The position numbers were made by a program, and so were the translations under genes. The notes under the pieces were generated by a model. That model was not told the DNA's origin. It made no database searches and was given only the letters and a program-made list of their open reading frames with translations. Positions 1 through 9,739 of a stretch of DNA of 64,000 bases are shown here, piece by piece. Source of the DNA: a virus; the IMG/VR virus record IMGVR_UViG_3300031952_000010, positions 27,512 through 91,511 of that record; one strand, written 5' to 3'. The stretch's first letter is position 1. Each line of letters starts with the position of its first letter.

Positions 1-1227
1 AGACTCAATTAATTTTGTTAAAATTCCACCCATGGTTTCAATACCTAATGACAATGGTGTTACATCTAATAGTAATACATCCTTAACATCTCCCGCCAAT
101 ACACCACCTTGAATTGCCGCTCCTAAAGCAACAACCTCATCAGGATTAACACCTTTTGATGGTTCTTTACCAAAGAATTCTTTAACCGCGTTTTGGATTG
201 CTGGAATACGAGTAGTACCACCAACTAAAATAATTTCATCAATTTCACCGATAGTAATATTCGCATTTGACATTGCGGTTATACAAGGTTTAATTGTTCG
301 TTTAATTAATGAATCTGCCAATTGTTCAAATTTGGCACGAGATAAAGAAGTTACTAAGTGTTTAGGTCCTGTTGAGTCGGCACTTAAATACGGTAAGTTA
401 ATTTCTGTTTGAAGTGATGATGATAACTCAACTTTCGCCTTTTCTGCCGCCTCACGTAAACGTTGTAACGCCATTGAGTCTTTAGTAACATCAAGACCGC
501 CTGTTGATTTTTTAAATTCATCAACCATGAAATCAACAATCACTTGGTCAAAGTCATCCCCACCTAAGTGAGTGTCTCCGTCAGTTGATAAAACCTCAAA
601 TACACCATCCCCTAAGTCAAGAACAGATACATCGTGAGTTCCACCACCACAGTCAAATACAACAATTTTCATATCTTTAGACATTTTGTCTAAACCATAA
701 GCTAATGCCGCTGCGGTAGGTTCGTTAATAATACGTTTAACAGTTAGACCTGCAATTTCTCCAGCTTCTTTGGTTGCTTGACGTTGTGCGTCATTAAAAT
801 ATGCTGGTACAGTAATAACCGCTTCTGTAACACTCTCCCCTAAATAATCTTCAGCGGTTTGTTTCATTTTTTGTAAAACAACTGCGGAAATTTCTTGTGG
901 TGAGTAATGTCTATCATCAATACTTACTCTTGGAACGTTCCCATCTCCTTTTACAACTGAGTATGGAACTTTAGACGTTTCGTTTTTAACCTCATCATAA
1001 CTTGCACCCATGAAACGTTTAATTGATGAAATTGTTTTGGTTGGGTTTGTAACCGCTTGTCTTTTTGCTGGGTCACCAATTTTTCTTTCCCCACCATTAA
1101 TAAATGCCACGATTGAGGGTGTGGTTCTTTTCCCTTCACTGTTCGTAATGACAACAGGTTCACTTCCTTCCATGACTGCCACACATGAATTTGTTGTACC
1201 TAAGTCGATACCAATAATTTTTCCCAT
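1..1227 (-). CDS. dnaK: Hsp70 chaperone DnaK (C-terminus runs off the window)
   Basis: Reverse strand from ATG at 1227 reads [17 protein letters not shown]...; also [30 protein letters not shown] and [10 protein letters not shown]. Absent from the ORF track because it is open at the window edge. Confidence 0.97.
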   Translation of the reverse strand, partial: MGKIIGIDLGTTNSCVAVMEGSEPVVITNSEGKRTTPSIVAFINGGERKIGDPAKRQAVTNPTKTISSIKRFMGASYDEVKNETSKVPYSVVKGDGNVPRVSIDDRHYSPQEISAVVLQKMKQTAEDYLGESVTEAVITVPAYFNDAQRQATKEAGEIAGLTVKRIINEPTAAALAYGLDKMSKDMKIVVFDCGGGTHDVSVLDLGDGVFEVLSTDGDTHLGGDDFDQVIVDFMVDEFKKSTGGLDVTKDSMALQRLREAAEKAKVELSSSLQTEINLPYLSADSTGPKHLVTSLSRAKFEQLADSLIKRTIKPCITAMSNANITIGEIDEIILVGGTTRIPAIQNAVKEFFGKEPSKGVNPDEVVALGAAIQGGVLAGDVKDVLLLDVTPLSLGIETMGGILTKLIES

Positions 1228-1343
1228 AGTTAAATAATATTTTGTGTAATTATATAGAATAAAATTTATGGAGTCAAGCTCCAAAGTAGAATACTATATA
1301 ATTGTACCAAAACAAAAAAACTGACAAATTGTCAGTTTTATAA

Positions 1344-2387
1344 CTATTCAGGTGACAAAGTATACAGTCTGGAATAATTTCTTTGTAATTTTCTACCCGC
1401 CAACCTAATTCTTGGTTGGAATCTGACCATTAGGTCGAGTAAATGTTTTGAATTTGCGATGTATTTTTGTGGTTCATTACCAAAAGATTTAACACCTGCG
1501 TAATAGTCTCGTAAAAACCACTTATATAAACGATTCATTATTGGTACCAAATATTCGGGGTTGTGTTGTTTAATTCTTTCCATTAAAGTATCAAATAATT
1601 TGTTGGCATCAAAATTTTCCATCATTTTAGCCGATTTCCAATACTTAGTTTCTTTAAATTCGTCAAATGTCATTCTTAAACGTTTACTGTAGGCTTCTTG
1701 AGACATGGCTCTTATCTCATATGGTTCAGAATAATACACAAAATATAAAAAAGTACTCCAAACTTTAAATATTTCTTTAGGTACATTATAATTTGTACTA
1801 CCAGCATAACTTAATGTTGTATCAACTAACCCCGCCTTGTTTAAATTTCTATTATAAAATTCATAAACATGATTAAACTCGTGCATAATAGTGTCTCTTA
1901 AATCTAAAGACAATTCATTTTTCATATCATATTCAAAGTCCTGATTAATATATCCACTGAAGTCAAATTTAGCAACAATAGTCTTATTTACATCGTCTAA
2001 TAAATATTTTGGTAAACTATCGCTTGGTTTTTTAAGATATGACCCATCATCTTTTTTAAATAAAATTTGTTCTGCGGCACCACCCGAAGAATATTTAAAT
2101 TCAAATCTATCTCGTCTAAGTTTATCCATGGTAAAATTAATCCTTATCTCCTCAACAGGAAACTCTAAGAAATCATCAACACTATCTCTATAGATGTATT
2201 TAATGTCCTTGAATTGTATAACAATATCTTCAGATATTTTTTTATCGTTACCTTTTAAAAATTTATCAACTTTTGGTAATAACACAGAATAAACCAAATT
2301 AACAAATGGTATTGTTGCTCTTGCAACTCCAAGGTCTTCTGATAATAACGACATTTGATTTTCTGTTAGTATAATTTCCATAAACAT
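1344..2387 (-). CDS. Hypothetical protein with HExxH zincin-like motif
   Basis: TIMHEFNHVYE plus a downstream EIRA glutamate; N-terminal MEIILTENQ..LLSE leader motif. Confidence 0.6.
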   Translation of the reverse strand: MFMEIILTENQMSLLSEDLGVARATIPFVNLVYSVLLPKVDKFLKGNDKKISEDIVIQFKDIKYIYRDSVDDFLEFPVEEIRINFTMDKLRRDRFEFKYSSGGAAEQILFKKDDGSYLKKPSDSLPKYLLDDVNKTIVAKFDFSGYINQDFEYDMKNELSLDLRDTIMHEFNHVYEFYNRNLNKAGLVDTTLSYAGSTNYNVPKEIFKVWSTFLYFVYYSEPYEIRAMSQEAYSKRLRMTFDEFKETKYWKSAKMMENFDANKLFDTLMERIKQHNPEYLVPIMNRLYKWFLRDYYAGVKSFGNEPQKYIANSKHLLDLMVRFQPRIRLAGRKLQRNYSRLYTLSPE

Positions 2388-2448
2388 AAATACGCAAAAA
2401 AATAGTAATTATTTGACTTTTACTATTTTAAGAATATATTTATTTCCA

Positions 2449-2529
2449 ATGATACGAAACAGAAAAAAACGAAACTATGAAAACATTATAATAAACGGTA
2501 TTACCGTTAACAATCCCATCATTAATTGA
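2449..2529 (+). promoter_or_regulatory. Candidate Asn-rich leader peptide (26 aa) upstream of the AsnRS-like gene
   Basis: MIRNRKKRNYENIIINGITVNNPIIN, 7 Asn of 26, overlapping a terminator. Confidence 0.45.
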
Positions 2530-2542
2530 TGGGATTTTTTTT
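2512..2542 (+). terminator. Intrinsic terminator in the 5' leader of the AsnRS-like gene
   Basis: AATCCCATCA-ttaat-TGATGGGATT followed by a T run. Confidence 0.8.
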
Positions 2543-2583
2543 GCCCATACGTTAACAATAAATAAACATAAATAAAACAAAAA

Positions 2584-3411
2584 ATGAAGAACACAAAAAG
2601 TTACAATGAATTAGTACAAAAGATGAGAGGATTTTTCCTTGATAAAGGTTTTATAGAGGTACCAACCCAATCTAGATTATCAATATTAGCGGCATGTGAG
2701 AACCCACATTCAATCGCTACTTTCAACTATAATGGGGAGATTTGGCCTTTACCACAGACAGGTCAGATGTGGTTGGAGTATGAGTTACTTAAGAACCCTG
2801 AATGGGAAGGAGTATTCTGTATTTCAACATCTTATAGACAAGAAAAGAACCCAATCCATGGTAGACATGAATTAATATTCCCAATGTTTGAATTTGAATC
2901 TAAAGGTACGATGAAAGATATGGTGGAACTTGAATCAGAACTTTTGAATCACTTGGGATTTAACAAACCTGTTGAGGTAAAATATGATGATGTTTGTGAG
3001 GAATATGGAAATGTTTCAATTTTAGAGGACGAGCATGAATCGAGAATGTGGGAAGAAAAAGGTTCGGTGATATCACTTCAAAATTTTCCATTAAGAACAA
3101 ACCCATTTTGGAACATGAAACATAATGAAAATAGTGTCTTTAATAAAGTGGATGTAATTCTTTACGGGCAAGAAACAATTGGAAGTGCGGAAAGAAGTTG
3201 TGACCCTGAAGAGATGAAACATAATTTCTACACGATTGAAGGTGGCGGTTATTCCGCCAAGTTGTTTGAACTATTTGGTAAAGATAGAGTTGAGAAAGAA
3301 CTTGAAGAATTCTTATCTTTGGATTTCTTCCCAAGATTTGGTGCGGGTATTGGTTTAACAAGATTGTCAAGGGCTTGGAATTTAAATCAAGTTGAATTGG
3401 AATTTATTTAA
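2584..3411 (+). CDS. Class II Asp/Asn-tRNA synthetase catalytic-domain paralog (probable asparagine synthetase, AsnRS2/AS-AR type)
   Basis: Motif 1 GFIEVPT, motif 2 SYRQE..RH..F.MFEFE, ETIGSAER, motif 3 GAGIGLTRL; no anticodon-binding domain (275 aa). Confidence 0.8.
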   Translation: MKNTKSYNELVQKMRGFFLDKGFIEVPTQSRLSILAACENPHSIATFNYNGEIWPLPQTGQMWLEYELLKNPEWEGVFCISTSYRQEKNPIHGRHELIFPMFEFESKGTMKDMVELESELLNHLGFNKPVEVKYDDVCEEYGNVSILEDEHESRMWEEKGSVISLQNFPLRTNPFWNMKHNENSVFNKVDVILYGQETIGSAERSCDPEEMKHNFYTIEGGGYSAKLFELFGKDRVEKELEEFLSLDFFPRFGAGIGLTRLSRAWNLNQVELEFI

Positions 3412-3416
3412 TTTTT

Positions 3417-3626
3417 TTGTACCTTTGTATTATGAATAAGAAACCAATCAGTAAAAACGACATTGAACCTAAAAAGTGGGAACGTATCTACGAAGATGAA
3501 GATACGATTAGTATTTGGAAATACAATTCAAAAATAAGTATGATTAACCCTTATGAGGTTGAGATAAAATATAAAAAACAGCCAGTTACTGGTGGTGTTA
3601 AGAGAACAAAATTAAGTGGGTCGTAA
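3417..3626 (+). CDS. Hypothetical protein
   Basis: ORF track; TACCTTTG promoter element overlaps the annotated start, so ATG 3432 is the likelier start. Confidence 0.55.
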   Translation: MYLCIMNKKPISKNDIEPKKWERIYEDEDTISIWKYNSKISMINPYEVEIKYKKQPVTGGVKRTKLSGS

Positions 3627-3655
3627 AATTACCCACTTTTTTTATATTTATTAAT

Positions 3656-4081
3656 ATGAGATTACTTAACATTCTTAAAGAAAGTATTAATAAAAAACTA
3701 ATGTTAAACTCCTTAAAGGACATGGGGTTTAATAATGAAGACTCTCAATTTGAGTTGCAAAGTTTAGTTAGTTATGTTGAGAATTTACCTAATCCTGTAA
3801 AATTATATAGAATAGTCGTAATTGACGATAAGAACGATATTAACACGACTTACCCTGGTTCCCATTACTCAACAAGCCAAAAAGATTTAGAATACTCACA
3901 TTCTTATTTAACAGGATATGGTGACAAATATTTTTTAATGGTAGTAAGTGCCGATAAGAAATTAATTGATGTTAATAGTACGATTCATAACAATATTCTT
4001 TATCCTAATGAGAATGAAGTAACTTTAAAAAATAGAGGTAAAGGTGTTGAGATATTAAGTATTAAAAAAATAAAATTTTAA
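3656..4081 (+). CDS. Hypothetical protein
   Basis: 141-aa ORF after TATTTAT motif; N-terminal MRLLNILKES. Confidence 0.6.
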   Translation: MRLLNILKESINKKLMLNSLKDMGFNNEDSQFELQSLVSYVENLPNPVKLYRIVVIDDKNDINTTYPGSHYSTSQKDLEYSHSYLTGYGDKYFLMVVSADKKLIDVNSTIHNNILYPNENEVTLKNRGKGVEILSIKKIKF

Positions 4082-4106
4082 AATAAACTAAATTAAATTA
4101 AAAAAA

Positions 4107-4928
4107 ATGTTATTAAAAAAAGGGTCTAAAGGTGAAGACGTTAAAAAACTACAATCAAAATTAGGTCTAGTGGCTGACGGTGATTTCGGTTCTGGAACTG
4201 AAACTAAAGTAAAAGAATGGCAATCCTCAAACGGATTAACCGCCGATGGTGTCGTTGGAGACGGTACTTGGGGTAAAATGTTTGGTGGTGAAGTGATAAA
4301 AAAAGATGTGGTTATCCCAACAGGAGGACCATTAAAATTGGAAAAATTAAAAGGTCACGTTCCTGATGCGGTTATCTCACAAATTCCTGAAACTGCTGCG
4401 AAGTTTAATATAACTAACCCATTAAGATTAGCTCACTTCTTGGCACAATGTGGTCATGAAAGTGGTGGATTTAAAGCGGTTAGTGAAAATGTTAATTATT
4501 CTGCTGATGGTCTTAAAAAGATTTTTGGGAAATACTTTCCTGGTAACTTAAATGAGTCTTACGCTCGTCAACCTGAAAAAATTGCTGCAAGAGTGTACGC
4601 TGACCGTATGGGTAATGGTAATGAAGCGTCAAAAGAAGGGTTTAAATTTCGTGGAAGAGGGTATATCCAATTAACTGGAAAATCAAACTACACAAACTTT
4701 GCCAAATTTATTGGTGAAGATACGGTAACAAATCCTGATTTAGTTGCTACAAAATATCCATTAGCTTCCGCAGCATTTTTCTTTGATTCAAACAAACTTT
4801 GGTCAATATGTGATAAAGGAGCTGACGTTACCACGGTAACTGCGGTCACAAAAAGAGTTAACGGTGGTACTATCGGATTAGAAGATAGAATCAAACACTT
4901 TAAAGAATATTATTCATTATTATCATAA
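4107..4928 (+). CDS. Endolysin: peptidoglycan-binding domain plus glycoside hydrolase family 19
   Basis: LKKGSKGEDVKKLQ...ADGVVGDGTW (PG_binding_1); AHFLAQCGHESGGF, FRGRGYIQLTGKSNY, VTKRVNGG (GH19). Confidence 0.93.
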   Translation: MLLKKGSKGEDVKKLQSKLGLVADGDFGSGTETKVKEWQSSNGLTADGVVGDGTWGKMFGGEVIKKDVVIPTGGPLKLEKLKGHVPDAVISQIPETAAKFNITNPLRLAHFLAQCGHESGGFKAVSENVNYSADGLKKIFGKYFPGNLNESYARQPEKIAARVYADRMGNGNEASKEGFKFRGRGYIQLTGKSNYTNFAKFIGEDTVTNPDLVATKYPLASAAFFFDSNKLWSICDKGADVTTVTAVTKRVNGGTIGLEDRIKHFKEYYSLLS

Positions 4929-4932
4929 AAAT

Positions 4933-4959
4933 AAAAACCCCCTTAATTGGGGGTTTTTT
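4933..4959. terminator. Bidirectional intrinsic terminator
   Basis: AAAAACCCCC-ttaatt-GGGGGTTTTTT between convergent genes. Confidence 0.85.
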
Positions 4960-4960
4960 G

Positions 4961-5650
4961 TTAAAGAAACTTCACCTGATTAGTGATTGGGTCCCAATCA
5001 ATATTCCAAGGTAAGTGAGAGTAAAGGTATCTTTCATCTAATACTGCCGCGTTGAAATAATGAGTGTGTCCGTCAAAGTAGTGTCCATATCCTGTGTGGA
5101 TGTGACCACAAATGTGAATCTTCGGTTTGATAGTTTTAATTCTTTCCGCCAATAATTCACAACCTAAATGGTCTCCTCTGCGACCTTCAACGTCATCCAA
5201 GAATCCCCACGCAGGTCCGTGAGTAACTAAGATGTCAGTGTCCTCAGGAATTGCATTCCATTTTTCTTGTAACTCAGGTCCGTTTTTTTGTAGGTTGAAC
5301 GCCCATTGATAAAATTCAGGTTGCCAAGGACTACCATAAACTTTAACCATTTGATTGTCATCCCCAACTTTCGCCCAATCATCTTGCAAGTAATTAACGG
5401 TTTTGTAAGAGTTAACAATTTGCATCGCTTTCTCGGCGTTGTTTTGGAAACCCCAATCGTGATTACCCGCAATGAATATTTTGTGGTCATAGTTATCGAT
5501 TTTATCGAACCATTTAGTGAATTCAGTAATCTCGTGCTCATAACCCATAGAAGATATATCTCCTGCGTGGATTAACAAATCACCACCAGGTAAATCCTGG
5601 GTTATGTGTTTGTGTTTTGTGTGTGTATCTGATATAATTGTGATTTTCAT
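4961..5650 (-). CDS. Calcineurin-like metallophosphoesterase (MPPED/239FB-like)
   Basis: ISDTH, HAGD, AGNHD, THGP and CGHIH motifs. Confidence 0.9.
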   Translation of the reverse strand: MKITIISDTHTKHKHITQDLPGGDLLIHAGDISSMGYEHEITEFTKWFDKIDNYDHKIFIAGNHDWGFQNNAEKAMQIVNSYKTVNYLQDDWAKVGDDNQMVKVYGSPWQPEFYQWAFNLQKNGPELQEKWNAIPEDTDILVTHGPAWGFLDDVEGRRGDHLGCELLAERIKTIKPKIHICGHIHTGYGHYFDGHTHYFNAAVLDERYLYSHLPWNIDWDPITNQVKFL

Positions 5651-5672
5651 AGTACAAATATAATAATAATTT

Positions 5673-6272
5673 TTAATCCCACCAACCTTTTATTCCAGAA
5701 CCGTCAAATTGTTCATCCCAATCAACGTCTTTATCAAATTTGGTATAATCTTGACCTTTTAAAATAGTAAAAAGTTCATCCCATTCTTGTCGTTCAATTT
5801 CACGAGCTCTATCAAACACTTTACGATTGTGAATTTTTTCTTCGTCAGTGTCTTTATCAACTAAACGACTGTATCCTGGTTTATCCTCAACTGGTTCAAA
5901 CTCCCAATCGTGATGTACTATTTCGCCAAGTTCTTTTTCCGACATTTCAATGTAGTTATCCTGATTGTAGTTTTTAATTAACTCAATGGCTCTACGCATT
6001 GCGGCCACTTTCTTTAAACGAGGTCCATCAACCTCATTACCATATTTTTCAATAGTGTCAGAAGTATTGGTTAACCCAATTTCAAGAAACTTTAAAGTTC
6101 CGTGATGGTCAAACCAATAATGGCTCCATAAAGCTTTTCTAAATGTCCAAACATTCTTAAAGAATCTTGGTAAGTCATATCTAAATAATTCATATGTTTT
6201 ATACCACCAAGTTTGGTGTCGTATTAATGTTTTAAGGCTATCCCCAAAACTATCTGCAAATCCTACTTTCAT
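5673..6272 (-). CDS. Hypothetical phage protein
   Basis: 199-aa ORF ending GWWD; TAnnTTTG upstream. Confidence 0.7.
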   Translation of the reverse strand: MKVGFADSFGDSLKTLIRHQTWWYKTYELFRYDLPRFFKNVWTFRKALWSHYWFDHHGTLKFLEIGLTNTSDTIEKYGNEVDGPRLKKVAAMRRAIELIKNYNQDNYIEMSEKELGEIVHHDWEFEPVEDKPGYSRLVDKDTDEEKIHNRKVFDRAREIERQEWDELFTILKGQDYTKFDKDVDWDEQFDGSGIKGWWD

Positions 6273-6391
6273 AACTTTAATTTTTTACAAAGGTAGGTAA
6301 TTTTTTCCAAATAAAAAAGGGGATAGTAGCGAACTTCCCCTTTAATTTGTTACCACAACAGTAACGGTCCTAAAAGTCCCCAACTTGGGGA

Positions 6392-6898
6392 TTATTTTTC
6401 TTTAACTAAAACTAAACACCTTTTAAGATATTCTTTAGCTCTAGGTGTTGGGTCAGGATGACCAAGTACTTTCTCAATGTCTTTAACTAATTCTTCACCG
6501 TGTTCGTTTTCTTTATAAAGTTCAATAACTTTATCCATTGCTTGGATACACCCGTTATTAGTCTCGTCAAAATAATTCTTTTTTCTAAAACCATTAATAT
6601 GATTCATTAAGTTAAATGCCAAATGTTCACCACCATCATTAATTGTTTCAGGGTGTAATCTTAAAGTCCTTAGCATATCTAATGTATCAACCATTCCGTT
6701 AATACCACCTTCTCTTTTGTAGATTTTATTTGAATAGTTTTGGAAACTTTTAGACGGACCAACAATGTTATCTAAAGGAATTATATTTCCTGCAACACAT
6801 CTTGGCTTTTGTTCTTTAGACTCAATTTCAGTTTGTTCTAAAATATGTTGTCTAATTGTCATACGAAGTTTTTTTTCGTCAATTGTAATTTTTCCCAT
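6392..6898 (-). CDS. Hypothetical protein
   Basis: 168-aa ORF; N-terminal KITIDEKKLRMTIRQHILEQ; TATTTAT upstream. Confidence 0.65.
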   Translation of the reverse strand: MGKITIDEKKLRMTIRQHILEQTEIESKEQKPRCVAGNIIPLDNIVGPSKSFQNYSNKIYKREGGINGMVDTLDMLRTLRLHPETINDGGEHLAFNLMNHINGFRKKNYFDETNNGCIQAMDKVIELYKENEHGEELVKDIEKVLGHPDPTPRAKEYLKRCLVLVKEK

Positions 6899-7007
6899 TT
6901 TGTTTTCTTTATACTATAAATATTAGAAGAAATGTAATTATTTGTGAAGTCATATATTTATAGTAAAATAAGTCCGAGAGACATAAATTTTAAATACAAT
7001 ACTATGG

Positions 7008-7229
7008 ATGATGAGAGTTCCTATAAAAACATGGAGAAAGATATTTTTAGAAAATCTTTCAGTAAAATTTTTAATGTTAGCAATGTTCTTCAACCCATTT
7101 GGGTTCGATGCCATCCAATACTATCTTATTACAGTAACAGGGAGTATCTGGTACGCCAATTTAATTATGTACTTCATCTCGGGATTCTTCTTTGGTCTAT
7201 ACTTTTATTTTCGAAAATTATCTAAATGA
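7008..7229 (+). CDS. Small membrane protein
   Basis: Two hydrophobic segments; overlaps the ppk2 start. Confidence 0.6.
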   Translation: MMRVPIKTWRKIFLENLSVKFLMLAMFFNPFGFDAIQYYLITVTGSIWYANLIMYFISGFFFGLYFYFRKLSK

Positions 7230-8344
7230 AACTAATTGAATCCCACATATATAGAATAACTAACTTAATGGGGTTTACCCCTAATAATATTATTATTGAA
7301 TCTGAAAATGATAATAAAGACGAATATTATTTAAAAAGAATTGTTAATTTATTACAGTTCAACCGATTATATAATAGTGAAAATAAAATAAATTTAAATA
7401 AAATTCAACAATTTGCCAAAGAAAATTTAATAGATTTTGGATTATTGGAAAGGGGCATGATTAAATTATTAAAGTTAAAGGGTAATCGAAAATTAAATTT
7501 ATCCGAATTTTTTAGTGAATTAATTAAATCTTTAGAAAAAAGACATTCTCATAATTACATCGGTAACCTTGAAACTAACGACGAATTTTCATTTGAACCA
7601 CAAGAACCATCAGTCGTACCTAAAAAAGTATATAAAGAAGAGTTATATTATTTACAAATTGAATTATTAAAACTTCAAGAGTGGTTAAATAAAACTGGAA
7701 AAACAGTAATTATTGTTTTTGAGGGTAGAGATTCTGCGGGTAAAGGGTCAACTATTAAAAAATTTACTGAAAACATGAACCCAAGAAATTATAATGTAAT
7801 TGCTCTTGGAGTACCAACACCTGAAGAAAGAAAAAATTGGTGGGACAGGTACAGAAGTCAAATTCAAAAAGGTAAAATAAATTTATTTGATAGAAGTTGG
7901 TATAACAGAGGTCTTATTGAGCCAGTTATGGGTTATGGTAATCCTGAAGAATATGAAAATTTTATGAATAATGTTGAGGGGTTTGAGGAAGATTTGGTTA
8001 AAGACGGTAATTTTTTATTTAAATTGTGGTTCTCAATAGAAAAAGAAACTCAACAAAATAGATTTGATATGAGACAAAAATCTCAACTCAAGTATTGGAA
8101 GTATTCCCCTAATGATGAAAAAATGCAAGACCTTTGGGATAGATTTACAGAATTTAAAGAAAAATTATTTGATAAAACATCAACAGTTAATAATCCTTGG
8201 GTTGTCATTGATTCAAACGATAAAAAAATTTCAGGATTAAATTCAATCAGGTATATACTCCAAAATATACCTTATGAAGATAAAAATAAAAAAATATTAA
8301 ATCAATATTATCCTGAAGCTCTTTCAGTTTTAAACCCTAAGTAA
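7226..8344 (+). CDS. ppk2: Polyphosphate kinase 2 with an N-terminal extension
   Basis: VFEGRDSAGKGSTIK, FDRSWYNRG, YWKYSPND, PWVVIDSNDKK. Confidence 0.92.
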   Translation: MKLIESHIYRITNLMGFTPNNIIIESENDNKDEYYLKRIVNLLQFNRLYNSENKINLNKIQQFAKENLIDFGLLERGMIKLLKLKGNRKLNLSEFFSELIKSLEKRHSHNYIGNLETNDEFSFEPQEPSVVPKKVYKEELYYLQIELLKLQEWLNKTGKTVIIVFEGRDSAGKGSTIKKFTENMNPRNYNVIALGVPTPEERKNWWDRYRSQIQKGKINLFDRSWYNRGLIEPVMGYGNPEEYENFMNNVEGFEEDLVKDGNFLFKLWFSIEKETQQNRFDMRQKSQLKYWKYSPNDEKMQDLWDRFTEFKEKLFDKTSTVNNPWVVIDSNDKKISGLNSIRYILQNIPYEDKNKKILNQYYPEALSVLNPK

Positions 8345-8566
8345 TTACTCCACCAATTTATCATCATCTGGCGATTTTGGTAGGATAAGTTGTAACCAAA
8401 TATCAAACACTAAAAAGTAAATCCACCAAGTTAAGTCTGATATTGGATGACGGTCAGAATTTAAATTAGTTAGATATAATAAAACAAGTATGTTTGTTGC
8501 AATATATATTCTGACAACTATAACTAAAAATATTAAAAATTTTTTCATATTATAATTTAATCTCAA
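8345..8566 (-). CDS. Small membrane protein
   Basis: Two hydrophobic segments. Confidence 0.55.
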   Translation of the reverse strand: MRLNYNMKKFLIFLVIVVRIYIATNILVLLYLTNLNSDRHPISDLTWWIYFLVFDIWLQLILPKSPDDDKLVE

Positions 8567-8972
8567 AACGGTTTTTCATAATCTCCAATTTGTCTTCAGG
8601 AACTCCGTGAGTATTGACCCCTCCGTGACGGTTTTCAACAATAACTGTAAAAACGGTATAACCATATTTTTTAGCCAATTTAAAATATTCGTCCATCTCC
8701 CACTCTTGTGTGAATGTATTTGATACGGCGATTTCTCGATAATATTGGTCATTTAATAATGAGTCTTTCATATAAGTTTCCACAGTATCCTGACAGAATT
8801 TATGAGCGTCTTTGATTTTTGAAACATCAAATTTATATTCACCAGTTTCTTTATCAATAAAATATTTGTCGGCTTCACAGACTAAAAAGTCCTCACCAAC
8901 TAATTTTTCGGCAAAAGTAGATTTACCCGAACCAGGTAATCCTCTAACAATAAAAAGTATTTTTTTTTCCAT
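8550..8972 (-). CDS. P-loop kinase (AAA_33, polynucleotide-kinase-like)
   Basis: RGLPGSGKST, EADKYF, VSNTF, HGVPEDKL. Confidence 0.85.
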   Translation of the reverse strand: MEKKILFIVRGLPGSGKSTFAEKLVGEDFLVCEADKYFIDKETGEYKFDVSKIKDAHKFCQDTVETYMKDSLLNDQYYREIAVSNTFTQEWEMDEYFKLAKKYGYTVFTVIVENRHGGVNTHGVPEDKLEIMKNRFEIKL

Positions 8973-9109
8973 ACCACAAAGATAGTGGTTTTATTATTGA
9001 AAACAAGCTGTATTATAGAAATATTTTAGCAAACTCACACACTCTAATTGCGGTGTTAATTGTTTTATAATATAGGTTGTAGAATGTTTTTTGGTAATTT
9101 TTCACAACA

Positions 9110-9268
9110 TTAAATATCATGTTTTTCTTCATTAACTAATATTTCTATTTGTCTTTTAACCATTTCTAATGTTGTGTAAGCGTAAACTTGAGAATCTTCT
9201 AAATTTTCTTCAGGAAATTGGATTTGTTGCAACTCAATCCAATCAATAATTTTCTTACAGTCACACAT
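9110..9268 (-). CDS. Small hypothetical protein (52 aa)
   Basis: MCDCKKIIDWIELQQIQFPEE... starts right after the thioesterase stop; below the ORF-track cutoff. Confidence 0.45.
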   Translation of the reverse strand: MCDCKKIIDWIELQQIQFPEENLEDSQVYAYTTLEMVKRQIEILVNEEKHDI

Positions 9269-9269
9269 A

Positions 9270-9686
9270 TTACTCTGTTTCTTTGGGTAATGTCAAAACC
9301 ATCTTTTCAATCTTACATCTTCCTCTCTCACCGATTGGGATTGGGTTACCATACTCACTTATCTGAACAAATCTGATATTAGTTTTAAGTACAAGAATTT
9401 GATTTCCCGTGTAAACGTCATGAGCTCTTGCCTCCATATATAATGTTACTGAAGTATTACCAAGTTTAGAAGGATATCCATAAATTTTAAGTAATTGGCC
9501 TTCCTTCGCTGGCTTTTCAAAATTACACTTATCAATTGACACTGTAACCATTCTTGGCGAGTCACATAATTGCATTGAGTACCCTGCTGCGGCTGAGTCA
9601 ATCCATGCTAATAGTTTACCACCGAAAAGATTTCCATGGAACCCTAAATCGGATTTTTTAATCGGGTGAGTGTTCAATAATTCCAT
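9270..9686 (-). CDS. Acyl-CoA thioesterase (hotdog fold, YciA-like)
   Basis: HGNLFGGKLLAWID, VTVSID..F.KP, GNTSV. Confidence 0.9.
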   Translation of the reverse strand: MELLNTHPIKKSDLGFHGNLFGGKLLAWIDSAAAGYSMQLCDSPRMVTVSIDKCNFEKPAKEGQLLKIYGYPSKLGNTSVTLYMEARAHDVYTGNQILVLKTNIRFVQISEYGNPIPIGERGRCKIEKMVLTLPKETE

Positions 9687-9739
9687 AGGTAAATTATAAT
9701 AAAAAAAACATTAAACGTAAATAAAAGTATTTATATCAT

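Noticed and set aside
951-1237. ORFs 951..1184 and 1010..1237
   Set aside because: Alternative frames or antisense of dnaK.
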